From a virus, in IMG/VR virus record IMGVR_UViG_3300037487_001316, positions 1 through 64,000 of that record: a stretch of 64,000 bases of DNA, one strand, 5' to 3'. The position numbers were made by a program, and so were the translations under genes. The first letter of the stretch is position 1, and every line of letters starts with the position of its first letter. Below the pieces are notes generated by a model, which was given only the letters and a program-made list of their open reading frames with translations, was not told the origin of the DNA and searched no databases. This document shows positions 55,607 to 64,000 of the stretch, one piece after another.

Positions 55607-57181
55607 ATGGCAATATATCAAGATGATACGCTTGTAAAGCGTGCTCATAAGAAACTTCATTATACAAAAGAACAAACAGATGAATTAAGACGTTGTCTTG
55701 ATCCTATCTCTGGACCCGAATATTTCATAACAAATTTTATGTATATTCAGCATCCGACACAAGGTAGACAAAAATTAGCATTATATCCGTTCCAGATAGA
55801 ACTGATTCATACATACCATACATATAGAAAATCTGTAAACATGGTTAGTCGTCAGATGGGTAAAACCACTGTAGCTGCAGGATATCTTCTATGGTTTGCT
55901 ATGTTTAATGAAGATTCGACTATCCTTATCGCATCTAACAAATATGATGGTGCCCAAGAAATTATGCACAGAGTTCGTTATGCGTATGAATCTATACCAG
56001 ACCATATTCGTGCAGGTGTAAAGACTTATAATAAACGCTCTATTGACTTTGACAATAATTCTCGTATTGTAGCAACGACTACCACAGAAAATACAGGTCG
56101 AGGCATGTCCTTATCGCTTGTTTATCTAGATGAGTTTGCATTCGTTGAACCAAATATAGCGAAAGAATTCTGGACTTCTTTATCTCCTACATTATCAACA
56201 GGTGGTAAATGTATTATCACATCAACACCTAACACTGACGAAGATCAGTTTGCTGATATATGGTTTGGGGCGAATAAGCTAGTTGATGCAAATGGAAACG
56301 AAACAATAATCGGTGTGAACGGTTTTAGACCGTACATGTCAACATGGGAAGCTCACCCAGATCGTGATCAAGCATGGGCAGATTCAGAATTTGCAGCACT
56401 AGGCGAAGATAGATTCCTACGAGAACATAAGTGTCAATTCATTACATTTGAAGAAACCCTTATTAATCCTGTTAAACTTGCTCAACTTGAACCATCTCAA
56501 CCTATAAGAAAATCGGGTCAAGTTCGTTGGTATTCTGATATTCGCCCTCATATGACCTATGTTGTTTCTTTAGATCCTTCTATGGGTACCGGCGGCGATA
56601 ACTCTGCAATTCAGGTATTGGAATTACCTTCATTGGTACAGGTAGCCGAATGGAGCAGTAATAAGACTCCTATTGAAGAACAAGTAAGAACAATGAAGCG
56701 TATCTTAGAAGAATTATATGAAGCAGGTAAACCCGAAATATACTGGTCTGTTGAAAGTAATTCTTTAGGTGAAGCCGCCCTGGTTGTTATTCGAGATACA
56801 GGTGAAGAAAACTTCCCCGGTACTATGTTGCACGATCCTAAGAATAGATTGCAAGGTAGAACAGGTCGTAGAGCAGGGTTTGTTACAACAAATAAATCAA
56901 AATTAGAAGCATGTGCTAAATTAAAATTCCTTATAGAATCTAACAAAATGAAAATAAATTCGAGAGGGTTACTATCAGAACTTAAGGTATTTGTTTCTAG
57001 GGGAAACACCTTTGAGGCTAGAATTGGCCAGACAGATGATTTAATTATGGCAATGATATTAGCGATAAGAATGACAGATTATATTTCGACCTGGGATGAT
57101 AAATCGCAGGCAGCAATTAATAGTAATGTTGGTTCGAATAATGATTCTAGTTTCTTATCACCCATGCCGATATGCATCTAA
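55607..57181 (+). CDS. gp17: terminase large subunit
   Basis: SRQMGKTT Walker A; VYLDEFAFV Walker B; ITSTPN; LDPSMG; DDLIMA. Confidence 0.95.
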   Translation: MAIYQDDTLVKRAHKKLHYTKEQTDELRRCLDPISGPEYFITNFMYIQHPTQGRQKLALYPFQIELIHTYHTYRKSVNMVSRQMGKTTVAAGYLLWFAMFNEDSTILIASNKYDGAQEIMHRVRYAYESIPDHIRAGVKTYNKRSIDFDNNSRIVATTTTENTGRGMSLSLVYLDEFAFVEPNIAKEFWTSLSPTLSTGGKCIITSTPNTDEDQFADIWFGANKLVDANGNETIIGVNGFRPYMSTWEAHPDRDQAWADSEFAALGEDRFLREHKCQFITFEETLINPVKLAQLEPSQPIRKSGQVRWYSDIRPHMTYVVSLDPSMGTGGDNSAIQVLELPSLVQVAEWSSNKTPIEEQVRTMKRILEELYEAGKPEIYWSVESNSLGEAALVVIRDTGEENFPGTMLHDPKNRLQGRTGRRAGFVTTNKSKLEACAKLKFLIESNKMKINSRGLLSELKVFVSRGNTFEARIGQTDDLIMAMILAIRMTDYISTWDDKSQAAINSNVGSNNDSSFLSPMPICI

Positions 57182-57220
57182 CGGACAGATAAGATAAATA
57201 AGAGAAACAAGGATTTGTAT

Positions 57221-58510
57221 ATGGTAGAGATGGATGATATGGCAGGGAAGATATTTGCATTGCTAAAAGGTAATAATTTTCAAATTAAAATCTTTGATGG
57301 CGAAGGTGCAGAAACTACAGACCCAAAAACTGGTCGTCGATTCTTTGTGGTCGATCCCAACATAATGGTAACCATTAACGAACCATCAGACGAGAACAGC
57401 GGTAATATAGAGTTCAGCAAAGGGTCTTCTGTGGATGATTCTGTGGATTCATTACAAGATAATATTCGTAAGATAGCAGACGAATTCCAATTAAATGCAA
57501 ATATTAAAGTCTTTGGTAAAACTATTCAACCAAGAGATTATGCCTATCAGGCGAAGATGAAAAAGGAAACTAACATGAATACACTGGCCGAAAGTTTAAG
57601 CAGGATGTTTGGCTCTGCAAGAACATCACAACAGACTCTTGAGAATGTTAGAATTCTGGTGAAGCATAAAACAGCAGTTGACGAAAATGTTCGCGGATCT
57701 CGTTCACGCCATATAAGCGCAATTTTCCTAGAATGCAATGGTGAACGTATTCGTTTCCCACATAACTATCTACCCGGCGCAAGAGCAGGGGCACAACATA
57801 TGGCACACGGTGGATCCATGAGCGATAAAGTTGGTGCATATATAATTGAAAGCACAGGTCAACTTCTAACACTTCAGTCGTTTAATCGTTATGTGACTAC
57901 AAACAAACTTATTAACGAAGATAGTTCGAGTATTGTTGATACAGTTAAAGAAAATATCGAAACACTTCGTACTGAATTAAAGAAACTCACAGGTTCGAAG
58001 ACCTATGAAACAGTTAAGGCACGCTTAGAAACATTTGAGCGTGAACCACTTGCTGAAGATGATACAAGTCAATTAAAGGAACTTTTTACTATTCGTCGCT
58101 TCGATGAAAAGTTTGAAGGAGTATTACCTATCATTAAACAACTTGTTCAAGAGAAAGATACCTTCCATAAACGCATTGAAGAAGCTGCCGGGAATATTAT
58201 CTTGCTTCGTCGTGAGGCACTAAGTACAACACCGATGTTTGAGTTCGCGAGCGATAATGCTCGTATTGGATTTAAACTAAATGAATTTGCATTGCGTATT
58301 ATAGAAAATGATGAGCTATCTAGTTTTGTTAATAAGATTGGTACAAAATTATGTAAAGAGGGTATGGTAAACGATTTCGAACGTGCTGTACTTAAACAAG
58401 TTTTAGAAAATGCTAAGATAGTGGAAAAGGCTGTCGAAGCTAGGAAAGATATCAAAGAAACAACCGACCTGACTGCTTACTTTGATAAATATGATTACAA
58501 CTTCTTTTAA
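57221..58510 (+). CDS. hypothetical protein
   Basis: About 430-aa ORF; GATAAATA upstream. Confidence 0.65.
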   Translation: MVEMDDMAGKIFALLKGNNFQIKIFDGEGAETTDPKTGRRFFVVDPNIMVTINEPSDENSGNIEFSKGSSVDDSVDSLQDNIRKIADEFQLNANIKVFGKTIQPRDYAYQAKMKKETNMNTLAESLSRMFGSARTSQQTLENVRILVKHKTAVDENVRGSRSRHISAIFLECNGERIRFPHNYLPGARAGAQHMAHGGSMSDKVGAYIIESTGQLLTLQSFNRYVTTNKLINEDSSSIVDTVKENIETLRTELKKLTGSKTYETVKARLETFEREPLAEDDTSQLKELFTIRRFDEKFEGVLPIIKQLVQEKDTFHKRIEEAAGNIILLRREALSTTPMFEFASDNARIGFKLNEFALRIIENDELSSFVNKIGTKLCKEGMVNDFERAVLKQVLENAKIVEKAVEARKDIKETTDLTAYFDKYDYNFF

Positions 58511-58517
58511 GAAGTTC

Positions 58518-58546
58518 TTGACAAACACACAAGGTTTTCGTACACT
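58518..58546 (+). promoter_or_regulatory. sigma70-type promoter for gp32
   Basis: TTGACA-N17-TACACT. Confidence 0.55.
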
Positions 58547-58661
58547 AACTACATACGAAGACCTTAGCAGGTAAGATGCGAAAGGGCCTAACGTGACCCG
58601 AGTAGATCGTAGTTCAAATAAAAGCGTTTAAATTTTAACCAAAGCATAGGAAATAAAAATC

Positions 58662-59714
58662 ATGTCAAAAACACTCGAAGAAATCCGTAAGAAATTACAA
58701 GCATTAGATACACGCAAGAGCGGTGGTGGCCAAGGTGGTGGCGATAAGGCAACTTACGCACACTGGAATATCCCAGAAGGCACATCCGCAACACTTAGAT
58801 TCCTCCCTGACGCAAATGAAGATAATACATTCTTCTGGGTTGAACGTCAACTTATTAAACTCCCATTCCCGGGTATCAAAGGACAAGACGAAAACAAGCC
58901 TGTTGTAGTTCAAGTTCCTTGTATCGAAATGTGGGATGGTAAGATGACTTGCCCGATCTTGAATGAAGTCCGCCCGTGGTGGAAAGATAAGACATTAGAA
59001 GACACAGCACGTAAATACTGGTGCAAGCGCACATATTACATGCAAGGTTTTGTTAAGCAAGATCCGTTGAACGAAACCGACTCTCCAGAAAATCCAATCC
59101 GCAAGTTTATTATTGGACCACAAATTTTTGCAATCATTAAGGCTGCATTAATGGATCCCGATATGGCATATAGTCCTGTTGATTTTATCAACGGTACTGA
59201 CTTTATTACTTCTAAGACAAGTAAGGGTGGTTATGCAGATTATGGTACTTCTAAGTGGGCTAGAAAAGAATCTAGTCTTACAGAAGACCAACAGGCAGCA
59301 ATTGCTCAGTTTGGTACTGTTGATCTAGCAACATATTTGCCAAAGCGTCCAACACCAGAACAATTAGCAATTATGTTCGAAATGTTCCAGGAATCATTAG
59401 ATGGCGAATTATATGATCCAGCACGTTGGAGCCAGCATTACAAGCCGTTTGGTTTCGAATCAGCAGCACCGACCGATGATGCCGAAGGTGGCGAAGGTAA
59501 GAAAGTTACACGCACTACTTTCACTCAACGCCCAGCAGCACCGGCTGTGACACCAAAGGCAGCGCCCATCGTTGTGCCCGAAGACAACGAAGAAGACTTT
59601 GAAGCAGATCCTCCAAAGGCCGAAGTCAAAGAAACCGTTTCTGCTACAGCGGCACCTACAGCCGGCAAATCTCCTCAAGAAATCTTAGCAATGCTAAGAA
59701 ATCGCAACAAGTAA
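58662..59714 (+). CDS. gp32: single-stranded DNA-binding protein
   Basis: LRFLPD; CPI; GGYADYGTSKW; acidic tail; precedes uvsX. Confidence 0.85.
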   Translation: MSKTLEEIRKKLQALDTRKSGGGQGGGDKATYAHWNIPEGTSATLRFLPDANEDNTFFWVERQLIKLPFPGIKGQDENKPVVVQVPCIEMWDGKMTCPILNEVRPWWKDKTLEDTARKYWCKRTYYMQGFVKQDPLNETDSPENPIRKFIIGPQIFAIIKAALMDPDMAYSPVDFINGTDFITSKTSKGGYADYGTSKWARKESSLTEDQQAAIAQFGTVDLATYLPKRPTPEQLAIMFEMFQESLDGELYDPARWSQHYKPFGFESAAPTDDAEGGEGKKVTRTTFTQRPAAPAVTPKAAPIVVPEDNEEDFEADPPKAEVKETVSATAAPTAGKSPQEILAMLRNRNK

Positions 59715-59775
59715 TATAACACGGCCCGGACCTCTACAGTTTTCTGTACGTTCGGGTTATCTTTAAGGAGAAGCC

Positions 59776-60867
59776 ATGACTCGGCCATTCGATATATCAA
59801 AGTTTCGTAAAAACTTAACAAAAAACATTACAGGTATTTCTACAGGATTCAATGATCCAGACACATGGATCAGCACAGGATCTTATGGATTAAATTATCT
59901 TATTAGTGGAGATTTCTATAAAGGAGTCCCGATGGGTAAGGTAACGGTATTTGCAGGTGAATCAGGTGCAGGTAAATCTTATGTTGTTTCCGGGAATATT
60001 GCTAAAGCAGCACAGGAACAAGGTATTTTTGTTGTTATGATTGACACAGAAAATGCACTAGATGAGAAGTGGTTGTTACCGCTAGGTGTAGATACAAGTG
60101 AAGAAAAGATGTTGCGTATCAGCGCATCTATGATTGACGAAGTTGCAAAGATTGTACATGATTTTGTAACTGATTACAAGGCAAATCATTTAGATTTGCC
60201 AAAAGATCAACGTCCCAAGATTCTGTTTATTATTGACTCTATCGGTATGTTATTAACACCTACTGAAGTAAATCAATTCCAGGCAGGCGATATGAAGGGC
60301 GATATGGGTCGCAAGGCTAAACAACTTAAAGCATTCGTATCTAACTGCGTGAATATGTTCGGTGATTTAAATATAGGTATGGTTGTTACAAATCACACCT
60401 ATGCAAGTCAGGATATGTTTGATCCCGATGATAAAATTTCCGGTGGTTCAGGTTTTATGTTTGCTTCGAGCATTATTGTTGCTATGAAGAAATATAAGTT
60501 AAAGGAAGACGAAGAAGGCAACAAAGTTGCTGAAGTTACTGGAATTCGTGCAACCTGCAAGGTTGTAAAGACTCGATACTCTAAACCGTTTGAATCAATT
60601 AAACTTAACATTCCTTGGGAGACAGGCATGAATCCAGTATCAGGATTGTTTGATCTGTTTGAAAAATCGGGAGTATTAATAAAAGAGGGTAATCGTTATA
60701 AATACGTTTCCAAGAAAACAGGTGAAGAAATGAAGTATTTCCGCAAGGATTGGAATGACTTCAGCAAGATGAAAGTTATTATGGATGAATTCACCCAGGA
60801 TGATTTAAAAGTTGTTATAGCAGATTCACCAGACGAAAAAATTATATTAGAGGTACAAAATGGTTAA
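59776..60867 (+). CDS. uvsX: RecA-like recombinase
   Basis: AGESGAGKS; IDTENALD; IIDSIG; TNHTY; SGGSG. Confidence 0.95.
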   Translation: MTRPFDISKFRKNLTKNITGISTGFNDPDTWISTGSYGLNYLISGDFYKGVPMGKVTVFAGESGAGKSYVVSGNIAKAAQEQGIFVVMIDTENALDEKWLLPLGVDTSEEKMLRISASMIDEVAKIVHDFVTDYKANHLDLPKDQRPKILFIIDSIGMLLTPTEVNQFQAGDMKGDMGRKAKQLKAFVSNCVNMFGDLNIGMVVTNHTYASQDMFDPDDKISGGSGFMFASSIIVAMKKYKLKEDEEGNKVAEVTGIRATCKVVKTRYSKPFESIKLNIPWETGMNPVSGLFDLFEKSGVLIKEGNRYKYVSKKTGEEMKYFRKDWNDFSKMKVIMDEFTQDDLKVVIADSPDEKIILEVQNG

Positions 60868-61096
60868 CGAAAATCATGAATTGTTAATGGAACTATGGGC
60901 ACGTATAAAATCCCATATTCAACCTAAAGAACGATTAGAAGTGGCAGATATTCTTGTTGTGGTCTTTGATGAGTTTAGTCTAGTAGATGAAGAACTACTG
61001 GATGAAGATCTTGATAAAGAACTTAGGGCTGCTGCAAGGAGTCATCTATCAGAACTAATAGAAGACGAAGACGAAGAAGGATATGATGACGAATAA
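60860..61096 (+). CDS. small acidic protein
   Basis: GAGG RBS; in operon. Confidence 0.6.
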   Translation: MVNENHELLMELWARIKSHIQPKERLEVADILVVVFDEFSLVDEELLDEDLDKELRAAARSHLSELIEDEDEEGYDDE

Positions 61097-61400
61097 ACAA
61101 TCTGCTGCCGAATTCGGCGAAGCATTAATTCTAACAATCAATAGCAAGGATGCATTGAAATCCATGACGCAAGTCCAGCAGTTCAAAGAAAATATGAAAG
61201 ATGTGACTGTGGGTGCCGACTACGTAATTTGGATTTCAGAGCCAGCAAATCTGACTAGGGTACATAAGGCCCTGGCGGATGACCTAGACGTCCCTCCGCG
61301 AGCTATGGCGATTAAAAGAATATTAATGTCTAGAACCCAGCGGGCAGTATTGTTAATACAGGCAATGGAAATTGCAATTAGGCGGGTACATCAATTGTGA
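61083..61400 (+). CDS. hypothetical protein
   Basis: In operon. Confidence 0.55.
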   Translation: MMTNKQSAAEFGEALILTINSKDALKSMTQVQQFKENMKDVTVGADYVIWISEPANLTRVHKALADDLDVPPRAMAIKRILMSRTQRAVLLIQAMEIAIRRVHQL

Positions 61401-61858
61401 GCAGTTGGTATTATAAGGTTACTGCTGATCTATCTAACGTGGGTGGCTTCTTAGATCATTTTGAACTAGAATTAGAAAAAGCTAGATTAGAATTATCTTT
61501 GAAGGGTAAATCACTGGAACGACATGCCGCGGAATTACCCGGTCTAGTCGAACAAAGATTTGCCCAACTACAAGAGATAGAAGCAGTCCTTGAATACCTT
61601 AATATCAAACTTAGACAGGAACGATCGGCAGAATTTAAGAAGTTTCTGGAAGCATATAATAAAACTCTGAGTTCTAGAGATGCAGAAAAGTATGTCGATG
61701 GTGTACAGAGCATTGTAGATACTACCTTACTCGTTAATGAAATTGCATTACTTAGGAATAAGTTCTTAGGAATTAGCAAAGGATTTGAAGCAAAGAACTT
61801 CATGACTGGGCATATTATAAAATTACGAGTCGCAGGACTTGATGACGCGAGTGTTTAA
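61397..61858 (+). CDS. uvsY: recombination mediator
   Basis: LSSRDAEKYVDG; between uvsX and uvsW. Confidence 0.75.
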   Translation: MSSWYYKVTADLSNVGGFLDHFELELEKARLELSLKGKSLERHAAELPGLVEQRFAQLQEIEAVLEYLNIKLRQERSAEFKKFLEAYNKTLSSRDAEKYVDGVQSIVDTTLLVNEIALLRNKFLGISKGFEAKNFMTGHIIKLRVAGLDDASV

Positions 61859-63318
61859 TGGCAACAACAACCTTACAGATATTAGATGAAGTAAACATTC
61901 GATTTACGGACTTAGATGTTGTTTGTCGTCGCAAGATGGTACAGGCATTAGAGTTTATACTGCCTTATGCTCGTCATACACCTGCATACAAACTAGGCCG
62001 GTGGGATGGCAAGATGTCATTTTGTGATATAGGTGGAAGATCCTATGTTAATCTATTAGATAAACTATTACCTATTGTTCAACAATATGGTTATGAAGTT
62101 GAAATAGATGACCAACGTATATCCGGTGAGAATTTTGAATTTGAATTGGTTGAAGAAGATAGCTATAGTCATATATGTTGGCCTAAAGGGCATCCATATG
62201 CAGGTGATCCCATCTTAATCAAGGAACATCAACTAGAAGTAATAAACTCCTATCTTGAGAACATAACAGGTATCAATATTGCCCCAACAGGCTCAGGAAA
62301 GACCCTAATTACGGCGATTCTTAGCCACAAAGTTCAACCTTATGGTCGCAGCATAGTGATTGTACCCACTAAGGATTTAGTTACACAAACCGAAGATGAT
62401 TATATTAATATGGGATTAGATGTGGGTGTATTCTTCGGCGACAGGAAAGAGTATAGAAAAACTCACACAATATGCACATGGCAAAGCTTAGAAAGCCTAG
62501 CAAAGAAATCAAAAGAACACGATTTAGAGATCGATATAAATGCTTTCTTCGAGGGAGTGGTCTGCGTTATCGTGGACGAGGTACACAAAGCAAAGGCAGA
62601 TGTATTGAGACGGCTATTATCGACTTATTTGTGCAACGCACCAATTAGATGGGGTCTAACTGGAACAATGCCCGAAGAAGAGGCAGATAAAGTTGGTGTA
62701 GTTGCCTGTATAGGTCCGTTATTGGGCAAAATTAATACAAAAGAATTGCAAGACCTAGGTATACTTGCACAGCTACATGTAAACATCTGGCAGATGCAGG
62801 ATTTAGGTGAAGCAGCATTTACAAATTACCAGGCAGAACTAAAATGGTTAACAACTAGCCAAGCTAGATTAAAATTTCTTGCCAAAGAGATTATTACTAT
62901 GTCTGACAGTGGTAACACACTTATATTGGTTGATCGTGTTCAGACTGGAGAAATGTTACAATCACTTATACCAGATTCGATATTCGTTTCCGGTAAGATG
63001 AAGTCAAAGGCTCGTAAAGAAGAATATAAAGAAGTTCAGGAAGTCGACGGGAAGGTTATTATAGCTACATATGGTGTGGCGTCTACAGGCATTAACATTG
63101 TCCGTATTTTTAATCTTGTCTTATTTGAAGCAGGCAAAAGTTTTGTTCGTGTAATTCAAAGTATCGGTAGAGGTATTAGAGTTGCACCAGATAAAGATTT
63201 TGTTAATGTATATGATGTATGTTCCAACTGTAAATTCTCTAAACGACATTTGACAAAAAGAAAGAAGTTTTATACTGAGGCAGAATACCCGTTTAGCGTT
63301 AAGAAGGTGAACTATTAA
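61858..63318 (+). CDS. uvsW: SF2 DNA helicase
   Basis: WDGK; PTGSGKT; DEVH; GLTGT; QSIGRGIR. Confidence 0.92.
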   Translation: MATTTLQILDEVNIRFTDLDVVCRRKMVQALEFILPYARHTPAYKLGRWDGKMSFCDIGGRSYVNLLDKLLPIVQQYGYEVEIDDQRISGENFEFELVEEDSYSHICWPKGHPYAGDPILIKEHQLEVINSYLENITGINIAPTGSGKTLITAILSHKVQPYGRSIVIVPTKDLVTQTEDDYINMGLDVGVFFGDRKEYRKTHTICTWQSLESLAKKSKEHDLEIDINAFFEGVVCVIVDEVHKAKADVLRRLLSTYLCNAPIRWGLTGTMPEEEADKVGVVACIGPLLGKINTKELQDLGILAQLHVNIWQMQDLGEAAFTNYQAELKWLTTSQARLKFLAKEIITMSDSGNTLILVDRVQTGEMLQSLIPDSIFVSGKMKSKARKEEYKEVQEVDGKVIIATYGVASTGINIVRIFNLVLFEAGKSFVRVIQSIGRGIRVAPDKDFVNVYDVCSNCKFSKRHLTKRKKFYTEAEYPFSVKKVNY

Positions 63319-63686
63319 TGATAATCAATACACAACTAGATATAGCACATATTGAATTAATAAAGATTTTTATTAAGGCAAATGATTTAGTAGGTATAGT
63401 ACTTAGAGAATACCCTATAGAAGTTAGGGGAAGATTTCATATGTGTTTACAGTTGGAATCAACATTCGAAGATACATCTATTGCTCTTACTTTTATGGGT
63501 GTTATACATTGTGGTGTACTGAATATGCTAGATGACTATCTTATGAAATGCGGAGTAACACCTGACTCATTAAAACCTAAATCTATTCATAGACAATTAC
63601 AAGAAGAACGCGAAGCTAAATTCAATGAAGAATTTATGACACACTTATTGGAGATTAAAGAACAACATGAACATTCTAACAAATGA
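63318..63686 (+). CDS. hypothetical protein
   Basis: TAATG overlap with uvsW. Confidence 0.55.
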   Translation: MIINTQLDIAHIELIKIFIKANDLVGIVLREYPIEVRGRFHMCLQLESTFEDTSIALTFMGVIHCGVLNMLDDYLMKCGVTPDSLKPKSIHRQLQEEREAKFNEEFMTHLLEIKEQHEHSNK

Positions 63687-64000
63687 TAATCGGGCATATA
63701 ATCTCGACAAGATTCCTAACGAAATAGAGGATATTAGATATTGTGTATTAGATTATTCAGATCCGAAAAATCCTGATTACTTTTTTATACCACTTATCTT
63801 TTTAGAAAGCTTTTATGCTCCGGCGGTGGTATTGCGTATCGGGGAATTTACAGTACAAATGCCGCTTGATTGGTCTATACTGGTATGTGATTCGGATTAT
63901 AGTGACCTAGAGTTGATGCCGTTAACAAGTTTAAATGATCGTGGGTTTCACACAATGGTATATAATCCATTAAGGCATATGGTACCGAGACCACAAGAAG
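63667..64000 (+). CDS. hypothetical protein, 3'-partial
   Basis: MNILTNDNRAYNLDKIP..FIPLIFLESF..LTSLNDRGF open to window end. Confidence 0.7.
   Translation, partial: MNILTNDNRAYNLDKIPNEIEDIRYCVLDYSDPKNPDYFFIPLIFLESFYAPAVVLRIGEFTVQMPLDWSILVCDSDYSDLELMPLTSLNDRGFHTMVYNPLRHMVPRPQE

Noticed and set aside
58550-58661. T4 gene 32-type autoregulatory pseudoknot
   Set aside because: The leader is partly structured, but I could not build a convincing pseudoknot by eye
55607-63318. Inteins or introns in terminase, UvsX or UvsW
   Set aside because: Protein lengths and motif spacing are normal; no C...HN intein ends or frame breaks
1-64000. Genome-wide stop codon reassignment (code 15 or code 4/25)
   Set aside because: Long genes are intact in code 11, and both TAG and TGA end many genes, often with ATGA overlaps; only two genes and one leader carry internal stops

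Overview
A 64-kb segment of an AT-rich, T4-related (gp17/gp18/gp19/gp32/UvsX-Y-W, rIIA/B) large myovirus genome, almost all on the + strand, using the standard genetic code. A Betaproteobacteria-like porin and Bug/TctC proteins hint at a Burkholderiales-type host (inference). 1-12 kb is a modification-enzyme island (six PP-loop SGGxDS paralogs, QueC-like gene, radical SAM, methyltransferase, GNAT, two TctC-like proteins). 12-43 kb is an accessory region rich in tRNAs and translation/RNA-repair functions. 44-64 kb holds structural, packaging and recombination genes. The most unusual signals: (i) an RF1-like release factor with an in-frame UGA at a conserved Trp position; (ii) a 12-codon leader ORF with an internal UAG, ending Gly-Pro-Pro-stop, upstream of a Pth2-like gene and an amber (CUA) suppressor tRNA; (iii) a circularly permuted tmRNA plus a second G3.U70 tmRNA/tRNA-like RNA; (iv) six CAGCA-stem RNA elements, two with Y-RNA-like permuted tRNA folds, around a Ro60/TROVE-like vWA gene; (v) about ten unnamed stem-closed ncRNA modules; (vi) an A10 slippage site fusing two head-protein ORFs. 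All calls come from reading the sequence by eye; no searches or folding programs were run.
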